A stretch of DNA of 64,000 nucleotides from an uncultured Candidatus Saccharibacteria bacterium (GCA_964357615.1 CAYHMC010000006.1:7144-71143); one strand, 5' to 3'; numbered from the stretch's first letter, positions 47,330-57,437 are shown. Notes: generated from the sequence alone by a model not told the origin. Program-made: numbers and translations.

Positions 47330-48007
47330 ATGATTGGGAATAATTTTAAAGAAAAAGCTCTGGTCTTAAGAAGTAGGGGCTATACATTTAGAGAGATCGA
47401 AAGAAAATTAAATACTTCAATCCCAAAGGGAACTCTCTCTTACTGGTGTAAAAATGTAGCATTACCAAAATTCTATAAAGAAAAAATTAATAAACTCAAT
47501 AAAGAAAATCTTACAAAAGGAAGAGGTATTGCTCACAAAAACAGACAAACTGAACAGAATGAATACCATGAGGAACTTCTTACTAAAAATAAGCACTTGC
47601 TGAAGATACTCAACAAAGATACAAAAAAGTTAATTTTAGCCATGCTTTATTTAGGAGAGGGTGCCAAATGGAAGGGCCACAGAGGACTTATGTTGGGAAG
47701 TTCAGATCCTTTGATTATTCAATTATATATAAAATTACTAGAACAGGTATATGACATCAAAAAAGAATTTATGAGGGCAAGAATTTCATATAGAGCTGAT
47801 CAAAATATAGTTAAATTAACTTATTTTTGGTCAAAAATAACGGGACTACCAAAAAAACATTTTTATAAAACTATTCCTGATCCCAGGAGTATTGGAAAAA
47901 TAACAAAGAATTCTAGCTATAAAGGGGTATGCGTTATAACTTGTGCTGGCACAAAAATTCAATTAGAATTAGAATCGATTGCAGAATTAATTTCAAGGGG
48001 CCTATAA
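47330..48007 (+). CDS. LAGLIDADG-like homing endonuclease candidate with N-terminal HTH
   Basis: 225 aa. LILAMLYLGEGAKWKG resembles the LAGLIDADG motif, preceded by an HTH-like N-terminal segment. It is free-standing between tRNA genes, and its stop overlaps the first 10 nt of tRNA-Ala(GGC). Confidence 0.4.
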   Translation: MIGNNFKEKALVLRSRGYTFREIERKLNTSIPKGTLSYWCKNVALPKFYKEKINKLNKENLTKGRGIAHKNRQTEQNEYHEELLTKNKHLLKILNKDTKKLILAMLYLGEGAKWKGHRGLMLGSSDPLIIQLYIKLLEQVYDIKKEFMRARISYRADQNIVKLTYFWSKITGLPKKHFYKTIPDPRSIGKITKNSSYKGVCVITCAGTKIQLELESIAELISRGL

Positions 48008-48071
48008 TTCAGTGGTAGAATATCTGCATGGCATGCAGAAGGCGCGAGTTCGATTCTCGCTAGGTCCACCA
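47998..48071 (+). tRNA. tRNA-Ala (anticodon GGC), CCA encoded
   Basis: GGGCCTATAATTCAGTGGTAGAATATCTGCATGGCATGCAGAAGGCGCGAGTTCGATTCTCGCTAGGTCCACCA. Acceptor stem has G3:U70. Confidence 0.85.
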
Positions 48072-48081
48072 TTTCAGATTT

Positions 48082-48663
48082 ATGTCAAAACAAAAAAATG
48101 TTCTCATAATACATGGCTGTCCCTCAAAAACAGAAAGGGCTATGAGTCCAGAAACCAGAACTTATGATAAGCATTGGATACCTTGGTTAAAAAAAGAACT
48201 TATCGCACTAGGCATAAAAACCGAAACGCCAATCATGCCAACTCCTTGGGAACCTAATTATGAAAAATTTAAAAAAGAATTTGAAAAATATTTGGTTGAA
48301 GAAAGTACAATTTTGATTGGTCATAGTTGTGGATGCTCTTTTTTAGTTCGGTGGCTTGGGGAATCTAAGAAAAAAATTGCAAAACTAATTCTTGTTGCTC
48401 CGTGGAAGATTCCTGATAAAAATGACGAATTTAGACAGGCATTTTACGATTTTAAAGTTGATGGTAGTATTAAATCAAGAGTAGATAAAATCTTAATGTT
48501 TACCTCGTATAACGAAGCAAGCGCTGGAAAAGAAAGCTTGAAAATTTTCCATAAAGCGCTGGGTGGAGAAATTATTGAATTGGAAAAACATGGTCATTTC
48601 ACATGCAAAGACATGGGAACAGAAAAATTTCCTGAATTATTAAATATTGTAGCATCCAAATAA
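48082..48663 (+). CDS. alpha/beta hydrolase (YdeN/RBBP9-like serine hydrolase)
   Basis: 193 aa with a GHSCG nucleophile elbow. Confidence 0.6.
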   Translation: MSKQKNVLIIHGCPSKTERAMSPETRTYDKHWIPWLKKELIALGIKTETPIMPTPWEPNYEKFKKEFEKYLVEESTILIGHSCGCSFLVRWLGESKKKIAKLILVAPWKIPDKNDEFRQAFYDFKVDGSIKSRVDKILMFTSYNEASAGKESLKIFHKALGGEIIELEKHGHFTCKDMGTEKFPELLNIVASK

Positions 48664-48664
48664 T

Positions 48665-48991
48665 ATGAACTATTTAAAATTTATTAAACTTGGTTTTCTA
48701 AGCGCCGCTGGTGTTTTTATTTATGTATCGGTAATAGCTTTGTTTATGTTTAATGCAGAAGATATTTTTGGAGAAGAAGACACATTTATTATTCCAGTTT
48801 TTATGTTGCTTCTTTTTGTAGTATCTGCATCTATTACTGGTCTTTTAGTTTTAGGAAAGCCAGTTCTCCTATATCTAGACGGTCATAAAAAAGATGCGCT
48901 TATGTTGTTCTTTGCAACATTGTCGTGGCTTATTTCATTTCTAATCGTAATTGTAGCGACTCTACTTTTTAATCTTTACCTCAGCGAATAA
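48665..48991 (+). CDS. small membrane protein (3 TM)
   Basis: 108-aa hydrophobic ORF. Confidence 0.4.
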   Translation: MNYLKFIKLGFLSAAGVFIYVSVIALFMFNAEDIFGEEDTFIIPVFMLLLFVVSASITGLLVLGKPVLLYLDGHKKDALMLFFATLSWLISFLIVIVATLLFNLYLSE

Positions 48992-49020
48992 ATTACTCGT
49001 TACTAATTTACTCTAGAAAA

Positions 49021-49725
49021 TTACAAAATAAATTTTGTAATTCCTATGTCGTAGATAATAGAAGCACCTATTAAAATACTTAATATTCCCGCCATCGCCC
49101 TTCCCCAATAATCAATAATTGGTAATTGTTTAGAAAAAATAAACGGCAAACTAATCAATGAACTAATAAGTAACATACCAATAGTAGATCCAATTCCAAA
49201 AATAATTACGAACAACAATCCCTCCAAAATTGATGAAGTCGTGGCAAAGACTAAAAGCATTAGCGCCCCACTCCCCGCTAAACCATGCAACATACCAACA
49301 AGAAAAGATAAGTGCTTATGATTATGAATCTTTGCATCCTTATGTGAATGAAGATGCATATGCTTATCGCCACCATGTTCGTGGCTATGAATATGAATTT
49401 TTTCTCTTCTTATTTTAAGCAAAACATTAACACCTAAAAAAACTAGTAATACACCCACCAATAACTCAAATGATACTGCCATTTTATCTGGAATTCTTAA
49501 CTTAAAAACAAGTACCAATAAACCAAAAATAAATAAAGTTGTGGTATGCCCTGCGCCCCAAAAAAATCCCAGAGTCGAAGATTTCTTAATGCTCTTTGTT
49601 TGGCCTACAAGTGTTGAAACTGCCGAAATATGATCAGCGTCAAGTGCGTGTTTTAAACCCAAAGCTAATCCAAGCCCAAATAATAAAATTAGGTTCTGTG
49701 ATGATGAAAATAAAATATTTTCCAT
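49021..49725 (-). CDS. nickel/cobalt transporter, NicO/RcnA-like with His-rich loop
   Basis: The LGLKHALDADHISAV signature motif and an HSHEHGGDKHMHLHSHKDAKIHNHKH loop. Confidence 0.7.
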   Translation of the reverse strand: MENILFSSSQNLILLFGLGLALGLKHALDADHISAVSTLVGQTKSIKKSSTLGFFWGAGHTTTLFIFGLLVLVFKLRIPDKMAVSFELLVGVLLVFLGVNVLLKIRREKIHIHSHEHGGDKHMHLHSHKDAKIHNHKHLSFLVGMLHGLAGSGALMLLVFATTSSILEGLLFVIIFGIGSTIGMLLISSLISLPFIFSKQLPIIDYWGRAMAGILSILIGASIIYDIGITKFIL

Positions 49726-49782
49726 TCTAATTTAGGTAGTATTATTCTGTAAGTTCGAAACCATCTAACAAAAAGTGTTAAA

Positions 49783-50316
49783 TCATCTATCAAATGCCTT
49801 AAGTGGTTTTGACTTGATTATTTCTTCGACTTCTTCAAATCCTGTCGGAAAAGAATAATTATATCTTGCGGGAAGTGCAAAAACATATTTTTTATTTCGC
49901 CCTAACTCACTTGGGTTGATTGGAGCGGCTCCAATATGAAAAATATCCTTTTGTAATGCATCCCACTCCTCTAAAGTAAAAATCATTATCGGAATATCTT
50001 GATATGTATTTTCACTCACCGAGCTTGGGTGATGAATTTGGAGTAATGGACCCTCAAAGGTCTCTCTATTCATTTCCCCGTCACTAGTTTTATCACCACT
50101 CCATTTTTTATGCTCTACCATATATCCATTCCAACTATTGGGCAGATGAAAACTAAAACCATAATTCATGTTTTTATATTCAATACCCATTGTGGTTTGT
50201 GTTGATGATGGCTGTAAAACAAATTCTGGTTTTTGAATTATAAATTTATACCCAGCAACTACTGCCATGAAAATCACTATAAATCCAACAATCTTTGTAA
50301 ATGTTTTATTTTTCAT
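49783..50316 (-). CDS. membrane-anchored hypothetical protein
   Basis: 177 aa with an N-terminal TM segment. Confidence 0.4.
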   Translation of the reverse strand: MKNKTFTKIVGFIVIFMAVVAGYKFIIQKPEFVLQPSSTQTTMGIEYKNMNYGFSFHLPNSWNGYMVEHKKWSGDKTSDGEMNRETFEGPLLQIHHPSSVSENTYQDIPIMIFTLEEWDALQKDIFHIGAAPINPSELGRNKKYVFALPARYNYSFPTGFEEVEEIIKSKPLKAFDR

Positions 50317-51229
50317 ACTTAAGATAAAAACTATATGTGCTTTTTATAAATTCCACAATTTTGGGAGCAAGAAGGTCGCTTGAGCCACCAAACCTAACAA
50401 CCATAGCCTCGTGAATATATTCTGGCGCCACAAAGTATTCAACGGATTTACCAAGCTCTACAAGTTTATTTTTAGCCATTAGGGCCTGATTTTTTAAATA
50501 TGGATAATCTTTACCACCCACGGCAATAAAGATTGGTTTATGAATATTATCTAAGAAGCGACTTGGGGAATATTTTTCTTGCTCCGAAGCTTTTATTCCA
50601 AAAATTGGTTGGACTGTATTTTTATTGAAAGAATTACTTGTATTTTTAGCCATATCAGGAATATCCCAAACAGCAGAAAGTGCGATATATCCTTTAATAT
50701 TTTCCATATTTATTGCTTTTAATTTATTATTTTCTAAAGAAGCAATTAAAGCGATAATATTACCCCCTGCTGAATGACCTGCGAGAAATATCGCGCCACC
50801 TCCTCCATATTCTTTGATATTTTTTTCTGTCCATATAACACCATCGCGCACATCTGCAATTTCTTCATCAATGCCAACTTCTGGATACAATCTATAATTT
50901 TGAATAACAACTCCAATACCTTGCTTTGCTAGTGAGATTCCTATATTTGCATATAATCCGGTTAGCCACTCATAATAATTTTTATTCCCGCTATTCCAGT
51001 TTCCCCCATGAATAAAATGAGCGGTAGGAAAATTTTTTGTATCTTTTGGCAAATAGATATCGAGTGTATGTCTGTAATTTTGACTATCATCTTTATAAAC
51101 AATATTTTTTACAATCTTTACATCTCCCCTATTTTTATAATAATAAAAAAACGCCGTTCGCACATTTAATAAATACATTGCAATAACTATTAAAATAAAC
51201 AAAAGTAAACTTATTAAAAATAATTTCAT
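50306..51229 (-). CDS. alpha/beta hydrolase, esterase/lipase family
   Basis: HGGNW oxyanion-hole-like motif and a GHSAGG nucleophile elbow. Confidence 0.65.
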   Translation of the reverse strand: MKLFLISLLLFILIVIAMYLLNVRTAFFYYYKNRGDVKIVKNIVYKDDSQNYRHTLDIYLPKDTKNFPTAHFIHGGNWNSGNKNYYEWLTGLYANIGISLAKQGIGVVIQNYRLYPEVGIDEEIADVRDGVIWTEKNIKEYGGGGAIFLAGHSAGGNIIALIASLENNKLKAINMENIKGYIALSAVWDIPDMAKNTSNSFNKNTVQPIFGIKASEQEKYSPSRFLDNIHKPIFIAVGGKDYPYLKNQALMAKNKLVELGKSVEYFVAPEYIHEAMVVRFGGSSDLLAPKIVEFIKSTYSFYLKYEK

Positions 51230-51254
51230 ATGATAAAAACTTTTTACTTAATAT

Positions 51255-52322
51255 TTATCCAAATGTAAACGCATAAAATCTGACACCACTACCCTCAACT
51301 TTTAATTCAAGGGTATGTTCACCATGCGTTTTGTTATTAATTAATTTATATAATCTACTTTTTTGAATTACAACACTTCCTTTTGCGTCCACATCAACAC
51401 CAGCGGAATCAAAAACCAATTTGCCGTCTTGAAAAACTTTAACAACTGAAGACACATCAGACTCAGCTACAATATACACCTCTTTTGCATTATAGCGGTA
51501 TATTATTTTTGATTCAGAAACTGTCTCAGCAAATTCATTTTTAATATTCCACGCTCCATCAAGATACAAAGCGTTCTTAGTATAAGATGTAGGCACGATA
51601 AAACTCTGTTCTCCTGATTTACCACTAACACCATTTTTTAAATATTCATTCCTTTCTGAACCAAAATAAGTTTCTGGGCTTCTAGGGTTATTAGCGCCAT
51701 TGGATTTAGAATCTACTACTAATAAATTATCTCTATTTTCCAGTGTAGTACCCAATAACTTTGCGCGCTCTTCAAGTAATTCACGAATTTTCATCTCTGT
51801 TTCTTCATACGCGCCCTCACCAATATGGTCATAAACAATATTACCGTTTATATCAATAAGGTATTTTCTAGGCCAATAATTATTATTGTAAGCTCCCCAG
51901 GTTGCGTAATTATTATCTAAAACAATTGGATGCATTATTCCATATCCTTTCATCGCCTCTCGTACATTATTAATATCTTTCTCAAATGCAAATTCTGGCG
52001 TATGAATACCAATAATTTCCAATCCTTGGTCTTTATATTTAGCATACCAAGCATTCAAATACGGAAATGTTCTCTGACAATTTATGCAACTATAAGTAAG
52101 AAAATCTACTAAAATTACTTTCTTACCAATAAGCTCTTTAATTGTAATTCCATCGGTATTTACAAAACCAGATGGATTTACTATTTCCACATAAGGTTTC
52201 CCATTAGACTTTACTCCTAATTGAGAAAATTCTTTATCTATAACGGGAAACAAAAATAAAAAAGCGAGTCCAAGACCAACAAGAAAGAAAATTATAAATG
52301 CGATTATGTATTCTATTTTCAT
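51255..52322 (-). CDS. TlpA/ResA-like thiol-disulfide oxidoreductase with N-terminal TM and C-terminal extra domain
   Basis: A thioredoxin-fold CINC (CxxC) motif. The probable start is MKIEYIIAFIIFF. Confidence 0.55.
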   Translation of the reverse strand: MKIEYIIAFIIFFLVGLGLAFLFLFPVIDKEFSQLGVKSNGKPYVEIVNPSGFVNTDGITIKELIGKKVILVDFLTYSCINCQRTFPYLNAWYAKYKDQGLEIIGIHTPEFAFEKDINNVREAMKGYGIMHPIVLDNNYATWGAYNNNYWPRKYLIDINGNIVYDHIGEGAYEETEMKIRELLEERAKLLGTTLENRDNLLVVDSKSNGANNPRSPETYFGSERNEYLKNGVSGKSGEQSFIVPTSYTKNALYLDGAWNIKNEFAETVSESKIIYRYNAKEVYIVAESDVSSVVKVFQDGKLVFDSAGVDVDAKGSVVIQKSRLYKLINNKTHGEHTLELKVEGSGVRFYAFTFG

Positions 52323-52323
52323 A

Positions 52324-53049
52324 TTATTCAGCTTTTTGCAGTAGCAACTGCTCAATTTTTGTAATGTCAAAATATCCACTATCTAAAATTGCGATTTCTA
52401 ATTTCTTTTCATACCCAGTAGCGATTGCTAAACCAAGAATAACAAAAAGTAAACCAATACCCCGCTTAAAATATCCTTGTGAGTCTGATAGAGCGTCTAG
52501 TTTATTCGTAAACCTTTGACCCAAAAGTGCAATTAAAATAAGCACAAGGGAAAGTCCTAATGTATATGAAAAAAGATATAGGGTGCCAAGAAAAAAACTT
52601 GCAGGCAACACAGATGCCAAAATTACAAAATAAGTTGGAGAACAAGTTGAAAAAACTGGACCAAGCGCCGCTCCAATAATTACATCTCCCCAAAAACTTT
52701 TTTTCTGATATCCTGAACCAACAAGTTTATTTGAACTTCCAGCAATTTTTGCAATACCTGGAATTTTTTCCCACAAAACTGGAAAGAGGAGTGTGAGCCC
52801 AAAAAATAATAAAATCCCCCCAGATAAATAAGTCCAAACGGAAGGTGGAATCATTATAAAAGCAGTCGATGCTTTTAATGCATATGTGAAAACTATAATT
52901 GATAAAGCAAGCGATATAACAACCACATAAGGAGTTGCACGACTTCGCCCAGATGCAGAAGCGCCAATAACAACAGGAAGTAGCGGCAAAATACAGGGTG
53001 CAAGCACAGTTAAGGTGCCGGCGATAAATGAAACAATAAGAAAAGTCAT
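52324..53049 (-). CDS. ccdA: cytochrome c-type biogenesis protein CcdA (DsbD-like transmembrane electron transfer protein)
   Basis: 241 aa polytopic protein with a TLTVLAPCILPLLP cysteine motif. Confidence 0.7.
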   Translation of the reverse strand: MTFLIVSFIAGTLTVLAPCILPLLPVVIGASASGRSRATPYVVVISLALSIIVFTYALKASTAFIMIPPSVWTYLSGGILLFFGLTLLFPVLWEKIPGIAKIAGSSNKLVGSGYQKKSFWGDVIIGAALGPVFSTCSPTYFVILASVLPASFFLGTLYLFSYTLGLSLVLILIALLGQRFTNKLDALSDSQGYFKRGIGLLFVILGLAIATGYEKKLEIAILDSGYFDITKIEQLLLQKAE

Positions 53050-53050
53050 A

Positions 53051-53551
53051 TTATTTTATTTCAGAAACTAAGGCTGAAAGAGTTGGACTCCCCTGCCATT
53101 TTTTAATCATATTTCCCTGTGCATCAACCTGCACAAATGTATGTTGATAAGTTACACCATATTTCTGTTTAAGTGCAGTTCCACTATCATAGTCAACATC
53201 TAGTATTGTGAGACTAGAAGGAATTTTTGTTAAATTAGCTTTTATATCAGCATCTACTGCTCTACAGGTTGGACACCACGGAGCCCTAAAAAACAAAACA
53301 ACATTGTGACTAGCAGATGCTAGAGCAACCTTTTCTGGTGCATATGCTTCATATGTTCCTGCTTTCTTTATTGCATCACTTTCCTTCGTCATGGGTTTTT
53401 CTTCCGTCACCTCTTGCTCTTCTATAGTTTTCATTTCCATTTCTTCATTAATTACCATTTCACCACTATTGCCATCCAGCAATATAAAGGCCCCTCCCAA
53501 TATAACGACAAGCACAATAGCACCAATAATAATATTTATATTTTTATTCAT
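53051..53551 (-). CDS. membrane-anchored thioredoxin-like protein
   Basis: An N-terminal TM segment and a WCPTC active site. Confidence 0.65.
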   Translation of the reverse strand: MNKNINIIIGAIVLVVILGGAFILLDGNSGEMVINEEMEMKTIEEQEVTEEKPMTKESDAIKKAGTYEAYAPEKVALASASHNVVLFFRAPWCPTCRAVDADIKANLTKIPSSLTILDVDYDSGTALKQKYGVTYQHTFVQVDAQGNMIKKWQGSPTLSALVSEIK

Positions 53552-53571
53552 AAAATATATTAAATTAATAA

Positions 53572-53895
53572 TTAGTTTCTTTTTTCGATTTCATATTCAT
53601 TCCCAATAACCTCGGAAATAGCTTCGAGTATTTTTTCATCATCTCTCTTGCCATATTCTTTTATAAACGCAATTTCGATTCTCGAACCACGATTGCTTAC
53701 ATCCCATTCATTGCCCAATATTTCACGCAAAGAAATACAAATTCGCTCTGGTATATTCTTTTTATAACCATCAAAGTCATCTAAATTTAACATATATTCA
53801 CCAGAATGCCCTGGGCCACCAAAAGTAAGTCTGGCTCTTTTCTTTTCCACTAACTCGTTTACATCTTTTTCGTTTTCCATTTTTTTATAAAACAA
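53572..53895 (-). CDS. hypothetical protein
   Basis: 107-aa ORF. Confidence 0.35.
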   Translation of the reverse strand: MFYKKMENEKDVNELVEKKRARLTFGGPGHSGEYMLNLDDFDGYKKNIPERICISLREILGNEWDVSNRGSRIEIAFIKEYGKRDDEKILEAISEVIGNEYEIEKRN

Positions 53896-53965
53896 TAAAC
53901 ATTAATATTGCGCGTCTAATAACTAAATTATATGATACATAAAGATAAAAGATAGGGGGGTTCAT

Positions 53966-54211
53966 GTGAAGCTGAAAGAATTAGAATCGCTCATTAAAAA
54001 TAAAAAGGGTCCTGACAATGAAGTTTATAAGGCAATCAAAGAATTAATAGCCGACAAATTTGATAGAAGTGGGAAAATTATTCCTCCAGGCGAAAAAGTA
54101 ATATTATTAGGAAAATTGACACGCAAATTAAGACCCAAAGTTATGGAGCGATTACGCAAAGATATAATGAGACAACACAAAAAATGTTGTGGACATGGAC
54201 CCGGGACATAA
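53966..54211 (+). CDS. hypothetical small basic protein, GTG start
   Basis: 81-aa ORF with an AGGGGGG Shine-Dalgarno 5 nt upstream. Confidence 0.35.
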   Translation: MKLKELESLIKNKKGPDNEVYKAIKELIADKFDRSGKIIPPGEKVILLGKLTRKLRPKVMERLRKDIMRQHKKCCGHGPGT

Positions 54212-54233
54212 CCGCACTATACGCGGTTTTTTA

Positions 54234-55004
54234 TTATAAATACAAAAATATAAGTAACACAGCAAAAACAACTCGATAAACTCCAAACCAAACAAAGTTA
54301 TTTCTTTTAATAAATGCGAGTAAAAACCTAATTGAGATTAGAGCAACAAAAAAAGAAACTAGAAATCCTGAAAGTAGCACACCAAATTGATCCGAGGAAA
54401 AACTATATCCATTCTTTAATAAATCGTAGCCAGTTGCCGAGAGCATTGTTGGTACTGCGAGTAAAAAAGAAAACTCTACAATTATTTTTCTTTTGAGACC
54501 GAGAAACAATCCCCCCAAAATTGTGGCAGCCGCACGAGATACACCGGGCACAATTGCAACAGCCTGAAAAACACCAATTAAAAAACATTTAGCATAAGAA
54601 ATTTTTTCTATATTATCTATTGCTTCAGGTTTTTCTTTATGCCAAAGCTCAAAAATAATTAAAAATATACCACCCAAAAGCATTGTCCAAATTATGGTTT
54701 CTGTGCTTTCTAGTAAAAAACTTTTAACAATTTTATAAAAAGCAAAACCTAAAACTGCAGTAGGTATAAAAGCAGAGATTATTTTCTTACCAATTTCTTT
54801 ATTTAAAAAAATCTCTTTGTGGTAATACCAAACTACTGCCAAAATTGCGCCAAGCTGAATGGCAATCTCAAAACTTTTCACAAATTCTGTTTGTGGAATG
54901 TCTAAAAATTTTGCCGTCAAAACCAAGTGAGCAGTAGAAGAGATTGGCAAAAACTCTGTAAAACCTTCTACAACCCCCATTATTAGGCTCTGTAGATAAT
55001 TCAT
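54234..55004 (-). CDS. uppP: undecaprenyl-diphosphatase
   Basis: The N-terminal EGFTEFLPISSTAHL motif and eight TM segments. Confidence 0.8.
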   Translation of the reverse strand: MNYLQSLIMGVVEGFTEFLPISSTAHLVLTAKFLDIPQTEFVKSFEIAIQLGAILAVVWYYHKEIFLNKEIGKKIISAFIPTAVLGFAFYKIVKSFLLESTETIIWTMLLGGIFLIIFELWHKEKPEAIDNIEKISYAKCFLIGVFQAVAIVPGVSRAAATILGGLFLGLKRKIIVEFSFLLAVPTMLSATGYDLLKNGYSFSSDQFGVLLSGFLVSFFVALISIRFLLAFIKRNNFVWFGVYRVVFAVLLIFLYL

Positions 55005-55007
55005 ATT

Positions 55008-55433
55008 TTATTTTGTAGTACTCACGAGACCAGGAGACTTAGACGCTCTAATTAAAACCTTCTTAAATTCTGGCAAATTTATATCATTAATCTTTTTAAA
55101 TCTTATACAACTTTTACCAACGCTAACCTTACCAAGCTCACTTTTGTATTTTTCGGCAATGTATTTTCCATTTTCCAAAGCACAAACATATACTGATATA
55201 TAGTTTTTTTGATTTGCTAAACCAATTACTGGCCAATCAATTTTTTCTTTTTTGTAATTTAAATATTTAAAAGAACCGTATCCTAACATATTATAAGCGA
55301 AATGTGATTTAAGTTTTGGCACAGCTTTCATAATAAAATTATGCAAAAAAACCATATCTTCTTTTTGAGCTTTAGGCACAGCATCTAAATACTCTTTAAC
55401 GGTATTCGCCTTTACTGATTTAAACATGTTCAT
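55008..55433 (-). CDS. DUF1801 (YdhG-like) domain protein
   Basis: 141 aa with a typical DUF1801 layout. Confidence 0.5.
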   Translation of the reverse strand: MNMFKSVKANTVKEYLDAVPKAQKEDMVFLHNFIMKAVPKLKSHFAYNMLGYGSFKYLNYKKEKIDWPVIGLANQKNYISVYVCALENGKYIAEKYKSELGKVSVGKSCIRFKKINDINLPEFKKVLIRASKSPGLVSTTK

Positions 55434-55487
55434 GTATAAAGTAATAATAACATAAAATAAAAAAGTGCCTCTAATGGCGCTTTTGCT

Positions 55488-55796
55488 TTACTGTATTTTT
55501 AAAATAATCATCCATCTTTCCATACCAGCAATATGCTCGGGAGTTAAAGTAATCTCTCTATTCAAAAATCTTAGTCCGCATCCAGCGCAAATATCGCCAT
55601 CGTCAGCCCAAATAGTCTTAGGCAAGTGACATATTACACAAGCAAGCATTTCTCCGTTGCATATAGGATTATTGCAACTGCATTGATATACTTTTCTACC
55701 ACTATCTAAGGTTTTCGTGTGTACTATATCTCCGCCACACTTACATACAAAATATAAATCCCTGCCGTCATCCGATGTTGGCGCCATATCTATCAC
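55488..55796 (-). CDS. Cys-rich zinc-finger protein, unknown function
   Basis: Multiple CxxC pairs. Confidence 0.4.
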   Translation of the reverse strand: MIDMAPTSDDGRDLYFVCKCGGDIVHTKTLDSGRKVYQCSCNNPICNGEMLACVICHLPKTIWADDGDICAGCGLRFLNREITLTPEHIAGMERWMIILKIQ

Positions 55797-55886
55797 CTCA
55801 GCTAAAAAGCTAGCGATATATTATTACGATTTTTCAAAAAAGTCCAGAGGCCTACAAAACAATAACTTGTCTCAAAATCTATCTAA

Positions 55887-56630
55887 TTATTTCACATTCT
55901 TCTGTTTCATCTTCATATAAAATTCCTTTTGTTTATTATCAAGTTTCTCTATTGAATAACGAAGCGTGGTACGAGGCATTGTTGAGGCGTAAGTATTCAA
56001 AAAATCCAAAAGAGCTTTTTTATTTTTAGTTCCGGAAGAGCGAAGCATCCAACCAGTCGCTTTGTGAATTAAATCTTCGCTATCGTGCAAAAGAATTTTA
56101 GCAATGGCAAATGCATCTTTTGTGTCTCCACTTTTACTAAACGCCCAAGTGCTAACTATCGCAGTTCGGCGTTCCCACATATTTTTTGACTTTGCGAGCT
56201 TATAAAGTATTGCTCTAGACTTATCAGAAAGATATCGTCCAACCACATTATATGCTGATAAATCAACCAAATCCCAGTTATTTATATGTTTATGATTGCG
56301 TATATAAATCTCATAAAATGCCTTAAGTTTCTCTGGTGTTAATTTATTTTTTGGTGTCGCTTTGCCCATAATGCTAAGTGCCCCCACACGCGCTTCGTGA
56401 ATACTACTTTTAAGTAGTATTTCAATTTCTGGCAACGACATATCAACATATTCTTTTGCAAGCGCAAATACATTGCCCATTCGCACACCAATAAATTTAT
56501 CTCCCTCGGCATACTGACCTTTCCCCGTCTTAAAATACCGCTTAGTTTTTTCTAGCTCAATTTTAGAACTTAACGCCTTGAGTCGTTTCTCAAATGATTT
56601 TGCTGTGAGTATTTTTTTTATTTTAGTCAT
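55887..56630 (-). CDS. DNA alkylation repair enzyme (AlkD/AlkC-like HEAT-repeat glycosylase)
   Basis: 247 aa. The N-terminal segment and helical repeats match the DNA alkylation repair family. Confidence 0.65.
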   Translation of the reverse strand: MTKIKKILTAKSFEKRLKALSSKIELEKTKRYFKTGKGQYAEGDKFIGVRMGNVFALAKEYVDMSLPEIEILLKSSIHEARVGALSIMGKATPKNKLTPEKLKAFYEIYIRNHKHINNWDLVDLSAYNVVGRYLSDKSRAILYKLAKSKNMWERRTAIVSTWAFSKSGDTKDAFAIAKILLHDSEDLIHKATGWMLRSSGTKNKKALLDFLNTYASTMPRTTLRYSIEKLDNKQKEFYMKMKQKNVK

Positions 56631-56636
56631 TTAAAT

Positions 56637-57437
56637 TCAATCCAGCTTAATATCAACTTCGACAGGACAATGGTCAGACCCTAAAACATCTTTATAAATC
56701 GTCGCTTTAGTAATTTTTGATTTTAATATTTCGCTTGCAAAAATATAATCTATTCTCCACCCAACATTACGCGCCCTAGCATTTGCAAAGTGACTCCACC
56801 ATGTATAATGGCCATTACCCTTTGTAAACATACGGAAAGTATCAACAAATTTGTTTTTAACAATGTTATCAATTCCTTCGCGCTCCTCGGCTGTAAATCC
56901 TTTATTATGAATATTTTCTTTTGGCCTCGCTAAATCATCTTCGGTATGTGCAACATTTAAGTCTCCACAAAATATAACTGGCTTCTTTTTTTCTAACTGC
57001 AACATGTATTTTAAAAACGCTGGGTCCCACTTTTTCTGCCTAAGCGGAATGCGCGAAAGGTCGTCTTTGGAGTTTGGTGTGTAAACCGTAGTTATATAAA
57101 ACTTTGGATACTCAAGCGTTGTAACTCGCCCCTCTGTATTCGGGTCACCATAGCCGTCACTATCCATTTTATATGGTGCAGTGATTTCTTCTGGAATACC
57201 TAAAAAAACTCCTAGTGGTTTTGTTTTGGTAAAAATAGCAGTTCCGCTGTAACCTGGTCTTGTAGCAGAATTCCAATACTCTTCATAATCTGGTAAATCA
57301 ACTTCGCTTTGATTCTGCTGGGCCTTAGTCTCCTGCAAGCATAAAATATCTGGTTTATATTTTTCTATAAATGGCAAAAATAATCCTTTTCTGTGCACCG
57401 CTCTAATACCATTAACATTCCAAGAAATTATTTTCAT
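56637..57437 (-). CDS. xth: exodeoxyribonuclease III
   Basis: MKIISWNVNGIRA and a complete EEP nuclease motif set. Confidence 0.85.
   Translation of the reverse strand: MKIISWNVNGIRAVHRKGLFLPFIEKYKPDILCLQETKAQQNQSEVDLPDYEEYWNSATRPGYSGTAIFTKTKPLGVFLGIPEEITAPYKMDSDGYGDPNTEGRVTTLEYPKFYITTVYTPNSKDDLSRIPLRQKKWDPAFLKYMLQLEKKKPVIFCGDLNVAHTEDDLARPKENIHNKGFTAEEREGIDNIVKNKFVDTFRMFTKGNGHYTWWSHFANARARNVGWRIDYIFASEILKSKITKATIYKDVLGSDHCPVEVDIKLD

Noticed and set aside
53955-53960. G6 run upstream of the 53966 GTG start as a second phase-variable tract
   Set aside because: At only 6 nt it is positioned as a Shine-Dalgarno sequence (AGGGGGG, 5 nt from the start). It is too short to be argued as a slippage switch.
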